A stretch of 64,000 nucleotides of DNA from Ginglymostoma cirratum (taxonomy: Eukaryota), in contig JAHRHZ010000047.1 in assembly GCA_024137785.1 (NCBI GenBank), positions 3,752,185-3,816,184 of the forward strand, given 5' to 3'. Position numbers and translations under genes: made by a program. The notes below the pieces were generated by a model. The model worked only from the letters and a program-made list of their open reading frames with translations, was not told the DNA's origin and did not search any database. Positions 49,370 through 61,530 of the stretch are shown in pieces; within the stretch, counting starts at the first letter, position 1, and the number at the start of each line of letters is the position of its first letter.

Positions 49370-50240
49370 CGTAGTGAAAAATGTGTACTGTACAGGCACA
49401 TTGTACCGTACAAAGTGCATCATGGTGGCAAAACAGTTCAAAATACAATGTTCCAGGTGCAGAGGGAGATCCGAGTTAACATTTGAGTGGTCTGTTCAAA
49501 AGTCTGATAACAGCAGGGAAGCAGCTGTTCTTGAATATTTGTACGTGGAAGAGAGTATAACCAGGGTGGGAGGGGTCTTTGATTATACTGTTTTCCCAAG
49601 GCTGGATGGAAGGCTGGTTTGCATGATGAATTGGACCGTTTTCACAACTTTTTTGAAGTTTCTTGCAGTCCTGGGTAAAGATGTTGCCAACCACTGGTGA
49701 AGCATCTAGATAGAATAGTTTGTCGTGCATCTATAAAAAATCGAATCTTTATGGACGTGCCAAATTTCCTTAACCTCTGACAAAGTTGTGCTTTCTTGAC
49801 TGTCGCGTTGACCTGGGTGGACCAAGACACATTGGTGGTAATCACTCCCAGGCAGTTGATGCTCTCAGCCATATCCACCTCTGCATTGTTGATGCAGATA
49901 GGGCGTGCCCTCTGCTCCGCTTTCTGAAGCCAATAACCAGCTCCTTCCTTTTTCTGACATTGAAGGAGAGATTGTTGTCTTTCCACCATGCTGCTAAATA
50001 CTGAATTTTTTTCCTGCATTGTCTCGTTTGAAATCTGGCCTACAATGGTGTTGTCAACAAACTTCTAGATACAGTTAGAGTGGCATTTGGCCACAGTCAT
50101 GAGTGTATATGGAGTATTGTAGGAGGCTGAGTATGCGGCCTTGCGGGGCACAGGTATTGAGGATTGCGGTGGAGGTGCTGTTGCCTACTCTTACTGATTG
50201 CAGTCTATGGGTCAGGTAGTCAGGGAGCCGAGACCTAGGT
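49370..50240 (-). mobile_element. Rex1/Babar-like LINE relic
   Basis: PICINNAEVD..ES..CLGV..TN.SWS..VNATVKKAQ...RLRKFG. Confidence 0.75.
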
Positions 50241-50559
50241 TTCAGAGATGCAGGAAGGAAGATAGTTGCATTTGTAAGCTACTTGCACCTGCAGAGTTTT
50301 ACTGCAAGACTTTGAGAAATAGTGTCCCACATTATTTAACTTCACCTGCTTTATTGTTGATATTCCTTTGTCATACGGTCACATGGGGAGCTGTTGGTTA
50401 TTGATTGTTGTGTTCTGTTCTATTTAGAATTTCTCCGATAAAGAAGCTGTCCATCAAGTTGTGCACGACATGTTGGCCTGGGCTGCTAAGTGGCAATTAA
50501 CATTGATGTGCAAGTTCCAGGCAATGACGATCTAGATGATCTGATGTTAAATGTAATGG

Positions 50560-51140
50560 ATGTTGAAAGGGACTTGGGGTTCAGGTGCATGGATCTTTAA
50601 AATGCTTCAGACAGGTACAGAAAATAATCAAGAAAGCTAATGGAATGCTGGCCTTTACATCTAGACGACTGGAATATAAGGATGTGGAACTTTATGCTGC
50701 AGCTTTACAAAACCCTGGTTAGACCTGACTTGAAATCTTGAGCAGATCCCAGGCACTGCACCTTAGGAAGGTTATATTGGCCTTGGAGGCAGTGCAACAT
50801 GGGTTGAAAAGAATGTTACCTGGATTTCGAGGGTTATGTTATGAGAGATTTGTGTAAATTGTGCCTGTTTTCTGTAGAATTTAGTGGGTTAAGGGATAAT
50901 CTGATCGAAGCATTCAAGATCTTAATAAGAAAAGACAGGGTAGATAATGAACTTTTTCCGCTAGTTGGGGATGTAGTCTGGGAATTAGGGATAGGCAGTT
51001 CGGGAGAGATGTTAAGAAATACTTCTATGCACATGGTATAGATTTGGAGCCCTCTTTGACATGGCAATTGATATGAAATAAGTTGTTAGTTTTAAATTTG
51101 AGATAAAATTTTAATATATACGGGATGTGCCAGGTAAATG
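50560..51140 (+). mobile_element. CR1 3' fragment
   Basis: RDLGV, KKANGMLAF and LRDNLIEAFKIL remnants. Confidence 0.8.
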
Positions 51141-54100
51141 GATTTGGGCCCCAGATCAAACATACATTCATAGAATCGTGGAACAGGCTTGGGAGTTGAA
51201 AGGACATAAGAACAGGAGTAGGTCAATCTCCAAACCGGGAACATTATTACCCCTCTTACCATTCAATGGCATTATTATTGCTAACTTTCCCCACTGCCTG
51301 TCTGTCTCTCTTTCATGTGGGCATGCACAGACAATTGTGCATGCAGCTTTTATGCCATCTACAAGGCACAAATCAATGTGTGAACAGTGCTATTTTACTT
51401 GAATGGTTAAAGCTTCAATTTGTATGATATAGAACCCATCAGTTCCACCTTCAGTGAACTGTGGCTGTAGTTAAAAATATGATATAAATAATGGATGCTT
51501 GTGGCAGGGTAGTAGTGTCCTTATCTCTACCAGGATGCCTGGGTTCAAGTACCACCTACTCCAGACGTGTATAGTAATGTCTCTGAATAAGTTGCTTAGA
51601 AATTATCTATAATGCAAATAGTTGTCTTCAGTAATGTCAAATCTGTGACCTCCATTCCCTAGATTGTCAAGGAAGTAGTTGTATGGGATAGACTTCACTA
51701 TCCTGATTCTTTACTATATTTAAGTCAAAATCATGGATTCTCATTTGTTAAAGCGAGCTTGCCGTTGCTGTTTTGAAGGAAGGACCGGTAATGAATTCAA
51801 ACCTGCTGTTGGTGGCCTTGGAGATTTAATTTGAAAGAGCAATTATCATACAGCCTAATATTGCATGTGATTCTCTTGACAATTAGCTTAAATCATTGCC
51901 CTCCAATTATTGACCCACCTGTGACTGGAAACAGATTCCTATTTACTCATAAAAATCTTTCATAATGTTGAACTCGTCATTAAATGTTTCTTTCCCTGTT
52001 GTAGGGATTAAAAGCCCAGTTTATTTCTCCTGAGTAACTGGTCTTTCTTTCCTAGTGCTATTCCAGTAAATCACCTCAGCAACGCCTGTTATATTTTGTC
52101 CTCCAAGTATGAAGTTCTGAATATGCTGTATTCAGCTGGTGTATTACCTAAAAAGCTTTGCATAACTTCCTTGAATCTTGCAGAAAAGAGATGTTCTCAA
52201 AACTTTCCATTTTGCAATCGTGAGGAAAGCAGGAATGCTTAATTGAAAATGATCACAATATTATACTACAGTGTGCTGTTTGGTAAGTGCACTCTGGCCT
52301 AGGGGTTGTCATGGAGAGAGCAGTGGGGAAATGTAGGCTCCCAAAGCTCTTGGGGAATTCAAAATTGTGCAAGCTTGAATATATTTCTTTTGTTTCCAGT
52401 TTGAACTACACTCACATCCAATTAGAGATAATCATGTGAGCTTGTAACATATCCCATTGGATTTCCTGTGTCGGAGCGTGCTCTCTGAAAACATGACTGT
52501 GTTCAAGCCTCGTGGCTTTTGTGAATTAACCAGAACTTGGGAAGCTGATGTTTCCTTTTCTTTGCTTTCTTTGCATTGCCGTGGCCAGTTGGAATTAACT
52601 TGCTAACCATTCAAACACCCACTTTCTAATGTAGCTTGTTTAGGTCATTTGAGATTTGTCATTGTTTCTCCAGATAAATGTAAGACAAACAGCTTTGGCA
52701 ACATGTCACCTTTTCAACGATGACTATCTTGACCTTTTTTTGAAGAGGCACCTGAACCTTTTCTGCATATTCAAAGAGCAGTGCAAGCAGACAAATGAAT
52801 TTCTGTACCTATGCCCTCTAATGCTCAAAATACATGTGTATGAATGGTGAATTTGACTGTGATGCCTACAGATTGTCTGCAAAATTCCATCCAGGGAGAC
52901 AACCAGTGGGGAAAAATGGAAGGAAATTGAGCTGCTGCTGCATTCACTGGCTGGTTCTCAAGTGCTTGCTGCTAGACTCGCCAGTCAGGGAGAAATTACC
53001 TGCTGTTGGAGGTGTAGTGAGCAAGATAAGTGCATGCCAGCATTTTATCATGTGGTACTGAAAGCAGGGAGAGGGGTAGTGTGGACAGCACCTTTTTGTA
53101 GAGATAGTTGATTGCCTTTTGGTTTGAAGGGATTAGGGGAAGGAGACTGCAAGGAGATCGTTGCAAGGGGGATTCTGATAGACTGGGAGGCCACAAGGAA
53201 GAGTGAATAGTTTAAACCCATCCTGATAGGACCCCTCAGCTATGAAGTAGCCAAGGATGATTGAAATCATTGAGGCAATGGTTTACTTACAAATGAATTT
53301 GGAATTGTAAGCTTAAGTTTGTCTTTATAATTCACCTAAGGGAGTTAAAGCACTGGATGCTATTGTAATGAATGCTGTCTTAATTGTAACATTTATATTC
53401 TGAGATGCAGTAGCACTGTAGTATTATCTGGTTAAATTCCCAGCTTTGCAATTTCTTTGCATATTTGCAGTAACTGTAATCTCACCCACATGGGAGATGT
53501 ATTCACGATTGGGTTTTTGTTTGTAGAAGTCAGTTATTTTGAAAGAAAAGTCTGCTAACTTCATTATTTGATTGGACTGTGACTTCAAATTTAATGGACG
53601 GTTGATAATTATTAAAGATACTGATGAATTCTTCTAATCTGCTTCAATTCAAATACCCTGTATCTCAAAAACAAAAATAATCATACTATGTGAGTACCTT
53701 GTGCCCGGTATTGTCTTTAAAGTTGGACCGTTTCATTTATATTGCCTTTTTTGCATCACGATGAATTGCTTCACGTACTGTAGTACACTCGGCAAATAAG
53801 AGGAAAATTCCATTTTGGGAAACCGTCATTCTTTGCTTCTGTCCTTAGCCAGTTTTGTAATGATGCAGCTACACCCCCTTTAATCTGACAGATTTGAATA
53901 TTACCAACAAGTGTTTAATGTAGGCATTGCTTAAAAAGGGCAACAGTTAACTGCTTTGGAAGTGGTGCTGAGCTCCACTAGAGCACTTGCAGTCAGATAT
54001 TTCGTGGCTGTTAAGTCAGCTGTGGGTCTAGTGTAGCATGCAGGCAACTGTGTAGGAATGGGAGATTTCAAGCCGAAGTACATAAGTGAACCAGATGGAG

Positions 54101-54710
54101 TTTTTTTTGTCAATCCAGTCATTTCATGATCACTTTACTTGTGCTCTCTTTTTATTCCAGTTTTTTTAATTAGCTAAATTTTAAATCTGCAATTGCCATG
54201 ATGGGATTTGAACTCCTCTTGATTGCCAGTTCACAAACGTACCCACTTTACAATACTGCTGTACCTTACACCAATTTGTTAAATGCTTTTTGAAATTCAT
54301 ATATACAAACTGCATTGCCCTCATTGATCCTTCTGTTATTTCATCAATGTTGGCGTTCACTTGTTAACACGTATTTTCTCATTGCCAATTAGTTTTAATG
54401 TCCTCTTCTCTCCAAGAAGAATTAAATTCTGTTATCCAAGGAGAAGCTGGTCTCTTTAAACCCCAACGGAAATATTACCTTGTATATTCAGGTTGTATAC
54501 TGTGGCAATCTTGTTAATATTAGTTAAACCCTCCCTGTCCCAAATTTTGGTATTATCTGAAGTTTGACATTGATATAATCTCAAATCAGAAGTGATGAAG
54601 TTCATTGTGCTGGTGTTGGAGACAACATTTTTGGTAAGTTAGAGCATGAGATGACTAAATTGCATTAGAACTGAATAATGTCCACTGATTGTTTTCTGTT
54701 TGTTTTCCAG

Positions 54711-54833
54711 GAAATGGATGACACAGTAATCAGTCCTGAAAAGGCTGAGGAAGCAAAATTGAAGTTAAAATATCCAAAGTTGGGACAAAAACCTGGTGGA
54801 TCAGAGTTTTTGAGGAAACGTCTGCAGAAGGAC
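54711..54833 (+). CDS. ARPP19: ARPP19 coding exon 2 ([41 protein letters not shown])
   Basis: ttttccAG and GTAAGT; endosulfine-family sequence. Confidence 0.97.
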
Positions 54834-54956
54834 GTAAGTATTTGTAAGAAATGACTTTGACATCTGTTAATTATGAGTAATTTTAGATTTGATTTCAATT
54901 GTACATAGCTTTGTACTACTGGGTAAATTTCCAATATGGAATTTGTAATCATACCA

Positions 54957-55472
54957 GATAAGGTGTGGAGCTGGTTGAACACAGCAGGCTGAGCAGGAAA
55001 GCTTGATGTTTCGGGCCTAGACCCTCCTTCGGAATGGGGGAGGGGAAGAGGGTTCTGAAATAAATAGGGAAAGAGGGGGAGGCGGATAGAAGATGGATAG
55101 AGGAGACAGGCAAGTCAGAGGCGGGGATGGAGCCAGTAAAGGTGGAGAGTGTAGGTGGGGAGGTCCCCACCCCCTTGACCTGTCCGTCCTCCCTGGACTG
55201 ACCTATCTCCTCCCTACCCCCCACCTACACTCTCCTTTACTGGCTCCATCTCCACCTCTTTGACTTGCCTGTCTCCTCTCCTCTTTCCACCTTCTATCTG
55301 CCTTTCCCTAGTTATTTCAGAACCCTCTTCCTCCTCCCCCATTTCTGATGAAGGGTGTAGGCCCGAAACGTCAAGCTTTCCTGCTCCTATGATGCTGCTT
55401 GGCCTGCTGTGTTCATCCAGCTCCACCCCTTGTTTTCTCGGATTCTGCAGCATCTGCAGTACGTTTTATCTC
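54957..55472. mobile_element. Long family A Penelope-derived fold-back element in ARPP19 intron 2
   Basis: About 200-bp inverted arms; TSD TTGTAATCA(T/C)ACCA at 54943 and 55473; intact CTGATGAAGGGTGTAGGCCCGAAACGTC at 55345-55372. Confidence 0.85.
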
Positions 55473-57379
55473 TTGTAATCACACCAAATGTCTTTAAGCT
55501 GTATGGTTATTTGAATTGAGTTCTTAATAGTTGGCAAGATAATAAACTATTTGAAATTTGCTAAACTAAGGTTGTCTGAATCTTCTCTCCTTCCACTTAA
55601 AAAAAAATTCCAGGGCTTACAGTGCACTTTTCAAAAGAGACTTCGCTTACCCTGTATATTTTCTGCACATGTAATAGCTGTTATTGTAGCAGTATTTATT
55701 TGCTTTCTGAATTCTTTGTTCCATTCAATTTGTTTTTAAAATGTTTCATGACTCCCCTTCTTTATAATGAGCACAGTGCAAAGGTATTAACTGTCTGTGT
55801 TGCACTGGTCTGACTGTGCACTTTATAATATTTCTCCTGACCCTCAGTGGGTGGGTATTTGATCAAGTGAACAATGCAGGCATATAAGCATATGTACATT
55901 GAGATTCTCTAGTTAGCTAAATGCAGCAGTATAACTCTGGCCTTGAATTTGCTGGTCTGTTTGATCACCTCTGGTCAATACTGAGGCCTGAATTCAAGTA
56001 TTTAAGGCTGTTGCTCCTTTTGAGCTACCAGGTTTCACTTGGCTTGCTGCTCACTCACTTTCCTTATTTACCGGAAAGTCATTGTTAGAATAATGTTAAA
56101 AGAAACTAACTGCTTCCCATAACTGGCCTCTCTTGGGATTGCTAAAATCATTATTCTGAAGTGAAAGCCCTATTTCTAATATCTGTGGTAAAATTCAACA
56201 GTGCTGGAATGAGGAAAAATCTTTTTGAACAATTTACTTAAGTCATCTGACATTCTAATAACTGTACTTGCATATTTTCCATTTATGTTACAGGATGGTC
56301 AAGTGTAAAATTATCTGACTAGCAGTGCGCTTAGTTGCATCTTACTTTACTCAGTTCACCAGCAGAAGTTTGACTATCTGCTAATTATCACCATTTTCCT
56401 TGCCAATTAGAAACGTATTTGCAGCCAGATTTGCAATGAGCTGTAAATGTATTGAATTCTATAGTGCAGTTTTCCTTTCTGAAGTGTTTTGGAGAATAAA
56501 CTTCCCTTGTTTCCTCATGCAAAGTATTTATCTTCCATTCATATTTGAATAACTTTTTTGTCTTTGCATAACCAATTATAACAGTTTTATATGTATTTCC
56601 TGAAATCGGTGCTAAGTATTTTTACCATTCTCTGTAATGATAATGCAGAAAATCCTCCCCATTCACAACTAAAATACCTCCTGTCCAAGTTTGTTTGGTT
56701 AATTTATAATAAGTGAAGAAAATTATCCTCTTATGATTTGATGTATAGACTATAATACCTAATTTTGTAATTCTGCAATTTAATTCATGCAGATTGTTTG
56801 GATCTCTCTAAATTTGTGTCCAGATAAATTACTAATAGTGCAACTCCAGTCCCCTACTTTCCAATTGATTGAAGTAATTTTTTGTGGCTATAGTTTCAGA
56901 TGTGTGGAAAAGGTATCAAAGTGTATTGCTTGTTTTTAAACACTTCTTGGGTGCATGCACAGCATTTTATTTTTGCTGTGTTTTAGTGCTGTAACGCTTG
57001 GGGGAGCACTTCCTTCATATACAGTACCAGTCAGTCAGTCTGTGGCTTGTAAATTGACTTTTTTTTGCAATGCATAACTGAAAACTAATATTAGGGTATG
57101 AGTTGAAACAGAATGTGTATCTCCCCACCATGAATCCCCTCTTTGTTGCTTTTAAAAAAAGTCTCATTGGAAATGCTTGGTTTTTAGTAGGCAATATGTT
57201 TATTGCATATGATATCAAAAGACTAGTTATAGATTTGTAGAGCCAATAATATTCTTTCATAAACAATATTAAGTTTTTGAAAAAAATCATTCAATGTAGG
57301 ATCAGTTTTGGGGCCACAGCTGATTTACAATATATGTTCATAACTTTGAAAAGGAGAGTGAATGTACTATTGCCAAGTA

Positions 57380-58225
57380 GGTAGAAAAGGCAGTGGAGAG
57401 GATGACAGTCTGCAGAGATATATAGACTGTTTAAGCAATAGAGCTGAAAATTTGACAGGGAATGTTCTGTGGAATGTGAGAAAATTAGGCTCTGCACTTT
57501 GGCAGGGAGAATAGAGGAGCTGGATATTGTTTAAATGGAGGAAATCTGCAGAAAGCTACAGAACAAAGGAATTTAGGAATCCTTGTGCATGAATCTCAAA
57601 AGCAACATTCAAGTTCATGGGGATTAGGATGGCAAATGGAATGTTGGCTTTTATTTAAAAGGGAATGGATTATAAAAGGAAGGAAGTTCTTTAGTAAAAG
57701 TATGCAAGGCACTAGTCATACCACGTCTGGAATATCATAAACATTTTTGGTCCACCTATCGTGGGAAGATAAAGTGGCATTGTAGGCAGATCAGAGAAAG
57801 CTCACTAGTCTTATCCTGGGTATGGAGGGGCTGTTTTATGTTGAGATAGGTTGGGCATGAACTCATTGAAGTTTAAAAGAATGAGATGTGACCTTGAAAC
57901 ATACAAGATGCTTGGAGGCTTGACAGGGGTAGGTGCAGAAAGATTGTTCTACATGGTGGGAGAGTCGAGGAGCAGAGGATATTGGGTAAGGGGCTGTCCA
58001 TTTTAAGATAAGATGTGAGGAGGTATTGAATCTCTGGAATTTGTACTACAAAGGCTAGCTCCTTAAGCATATTCAAGGCTAAGATTTTTGAACATAAAGG
58101 GACCGAAGGTTACGGGGAAAAGGCAGGAAAGTGGAGTTGGGGGATTGTCAGATCATCCAAGATCTCATTAAATAGTAGAGCAGACTAAATTGGCTCAGTA
58201 GTCAACTTATTTTTTTTCTTATGGT
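57380..58225 (+). mobile_element. CR1 3' fragment
   Basis: ANGMLAFI, ALV.PRLEY and RM.CDLETYK remnants plus tail. Confidence 0.8.
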
Positions 58226-58518
58226 CATCTTTTGGGGCTTAATGTAGTTGGACTACCAACTAGTTGTGCTTGGGCATTGAGTACACACGTGCAACCATTT
58301 CTGACACCCCTCCAACTTGGTGGCAGGAGGTTGTTTTTAATTGATGTAACTTTTGTAAACGCCAGTTGCAGAAGTGTGGTTTACACTGCATCGTCAGATC
58401 ATTAATTTTTGGTGCTATTTTGCAAAGTGACTGTAATTAAGTTTTTAGATTTTGAGAAATCAAGCTTTTTAAAAATGGAACGATTGCTACCATGTGAATT
58501 TTTCTTTTTGTGTTGCAG

Positions 58519-58689
58519 CCGAAGTACTTTGATTCAGGAGATTACAACATGGCTAAAGCTAAAATCAAGAACAAGCAGCTGCCAAACAGTGGAGCGGACA
58601 AGAACCAAGTGACTGGGGAACACATTCCCACTCCACAAGATCTCCCTCAGAGAAAACCTTCCCTTGTTGCAAGCAAACTGGCTGTCTGA
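58519..58689 (+). CDS. ARPP19: ARPP19 coding exon 3 ([15 protein letters not shown]...[14 protein letters not shown])
   Basis: ttgcAG acceptor; Greatwall site FDSGDY (S67) and PKA site RKPS (S109); TGA stop; 117 aa in total. Confidence 0.97.
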   Translation, partial: PKYFDSGDYNMAKAKIKNKQLPNSGADKNQVTGEHIPTPQDLPQRKPSLVASKLAV

Positions 58690-61530
58690 GACCTCATGAG
58701 GAATGCATAAAACTCTTGTCATTCCTTTTTCTTGCTATTAATTCTTGTGTTTTAGCTGTTTTCCTTGTTCCATTACATCATGACTGACAGCTTAGCAGAT
58801 AACTACACTGCTAAGTTGTTGCTGCAAGAAAGTCCTTCAAATTCAGACTGAGGACCAGCCTGAGATTTCGTAAACTATAAACCATGCACTGATGAATAGG
58901 ACTTCGGTGTTAAAAGTAGGAAGTAGTCAATTACAGCACGGAGGCAGAAATGTACATATGGTAACTTCAGTAGAAGCACTCCCATTAAGTATTTTACATT
59001 TTTACTGTTTCTGGTTTCCCATTAATTAGTGTAATGTGAGTTTCTAATCTAGGTTGAGTTAGGTAAACCTCTGTTTCTCTTTTTTCATGCTCTTGTGTAA
59101 TGCTGATTATAATATTGTAAGTAAACCGTCCTTGTGGATGTTAACACTAAAATGGAAATGGCATGTTTGAAAACCAGGACAGCTGTCCATTTCTCAGCTA
59201 ATCTTGAGGAATTTAAGAGCTTTAAACCTATTTAAATGTCTGTAAATTGGACAATATTTGTCCACTCTGATTTGCCCTCTTGGATGTATTTCAGTTCATC
59301 ATTACTGTGCCTCTAGCAGTTCCGAATGGTATTGACTCAAGATTGATAGGTTAGGGATGTCATATATTCAAGGTGATTGAAATGTGCATGAGCATAGACT
59401 GTGTGCAGTCACTTTGTGCCATTGTTTTGTAAATAAAATAGTTTTGGACAATAAGTGCAATGGCTGCCTTAAACACTGGCAAATTATTTGTAAATATTTG
59501 ATTGCTGTGTATCTTGAACATAGAAAATCAACTGAAATCCCTGCACTGTTAAAATTCCTATGCTTTATAGATATGGTTGAAGTCCTGAAAACGTAACTGA
59601 GGAAGTGCAACTATCATTTTTAGCTGGTTGATACAGCTATGGCATCAGTTGGGGGTGTTGTGATAGACTTGTTTCCAACTGAACTTGAATGATTAAAAGG
59701 AAAATATCATTTTCAATAATTCACATAATTTGAATGTCCAGATAATGTTCAATATTTAAATAAATATCACTTTCCACTATGGATAGAGCAAGGAAGCAAG
59801 CCCTATATCCACCCAGGCAGAAAAGAACAAACCCCACTCTGTCAGCACCAATCAGATCTGTAACACTCATCAGGCCATGTGTTTGTTGTAGTGTTGAGCT
59901 ATGAATAGTGATGGTAGTGGTTCCAACTTTCTTTCTAGCATGGTTCATCAGGAATCTTATACTATTATTGCCTGCCACTGTGTACGTTGGAGGGAATTAA
60001 AAGTTGATAGTTGACCTGTTTAGCTGTGTTGAGAACACACCTTCCTTGGTCATCAAATCCTGGAGTGGAATGTGAACCTGGAGCTTCTGGTCAAAGACAG
60101 GGATATTACTCATTGCTCATCATTACCACCTCTGAGGTAGTTATTGAACCATAAATGATTAACTACCAAAAGCAAATGGGCATCATCATGCCAATCCGGA
60201 CCTGATTAATGTGAGGAGGTGAGTAGTAGAATACAACAAAACTTAAAGAACTGGGTCTCGTACCTTCTGATGAATGAAAAATATAGCTTAAGTATTAAAG
60301 TTGTACATGCTGTCAGAAAGTTCTTATCCGTATGAGTGTTACTTCTCAATCGTTGCCTTCTGTCCAAGTGAATTCCAGCCTGCGGGCTGCCTTCCCTTAG
60401 CTAAGAAGTTGGATTGAGACACCCACAGATTATCCAATGGATTATGTTGATATGAGGATGAAAGGAAGCTTTTAAAAATGTCTCCAATCCTTTAGGATCA
60501 CTACTTCATTTAGAGTGGTTAGATCCTTAATGTGTGGAGTGTATTCTAGTCTTACTGTTAAGTAGTTGGTATAGGTTTGTGACATCTAAGGGGTTTATTT
60601 AGTGCCTAATGCTTTAGGCTGAATATACCATTTTGATCACTTTCTTCTGGAAGTAACAGGTCAATGATTTTGCTCAAGGCTTTTAAAATACAGAACAGAG
60701 TATGATGGGTAATAGCGATGTAATCCTGAACTGCAACTGCAGTACCTCCATTTTTCCTTAAATTAGACTAGTTTCCTGAGATTTTAATTGTAACCTAAAA
60801 ATCGCAGGACCGTATTACTTGAAGTTGATAAGTAACTGGCCTCCATTAGTGTTGGAGACTGACAAGTTGGAGCATGAATAATGCAATAATAAAGATCAGT
60901 TCTTCAGATTAATACATTTTTCTAGTCTCAAATTATACAGATTTTAAATCCGAATTTTCATTGGCACTTATTTCAATGGACATCAAAACAGGTTGGAATG
61001 AGACAAAATTTGAATTTCTCAGACTAGAATAGAATGTTGCAGTAAAATTTAAATTAGTTTTATTAGTCTTTTTATAGTCTCTCTTTCATCAATTGGGAAA
61101 GACCTAAAGGCCCCCATTCACACTCCTGTCAACTATGCATATGAAGGAATGGTTTCATCTAATTAAAAATCTGTTACTTGTGGGTTAAATTATAGCATAC
61201 TGTGAAATGTGTAAACGTTTAAGTTTAGGCCATGTGCTGATAAATAAAATCTACAGTATTTTTCTTCCACATTGTCATCCCAGCATGAAGTATATTTGAG
61301 ATATAAACAGTATGTCAAAGGTTTGGTTATAGTCTGTGGAGAGGTAAACAATGCTGGTCAGTGACTTTTTTTAGGCAAATACTTTTGTCTGCTGATCTCG
61401 CTAATCCCAGTGCCATTAGATTCCATAGCTGATGTATATCAAGTTCTAGTGCTACACATTAACATCCATGTAGACTTAAAGTACCAACGGTTGGTCTCAA
61501 TAGATGCAGATGGATTTTTTTAAAATAAAC
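58690..61530 (+). other. Probable long ARPP19 3' UTR with several poly(A) signals
   Basis: AATAAA at 59432, 60888, 61243 and 61524; TGTA(A/C)ATA Pumilio elements at 58951, 59428 and 59489; true end unknown. Confidence 0.5.
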
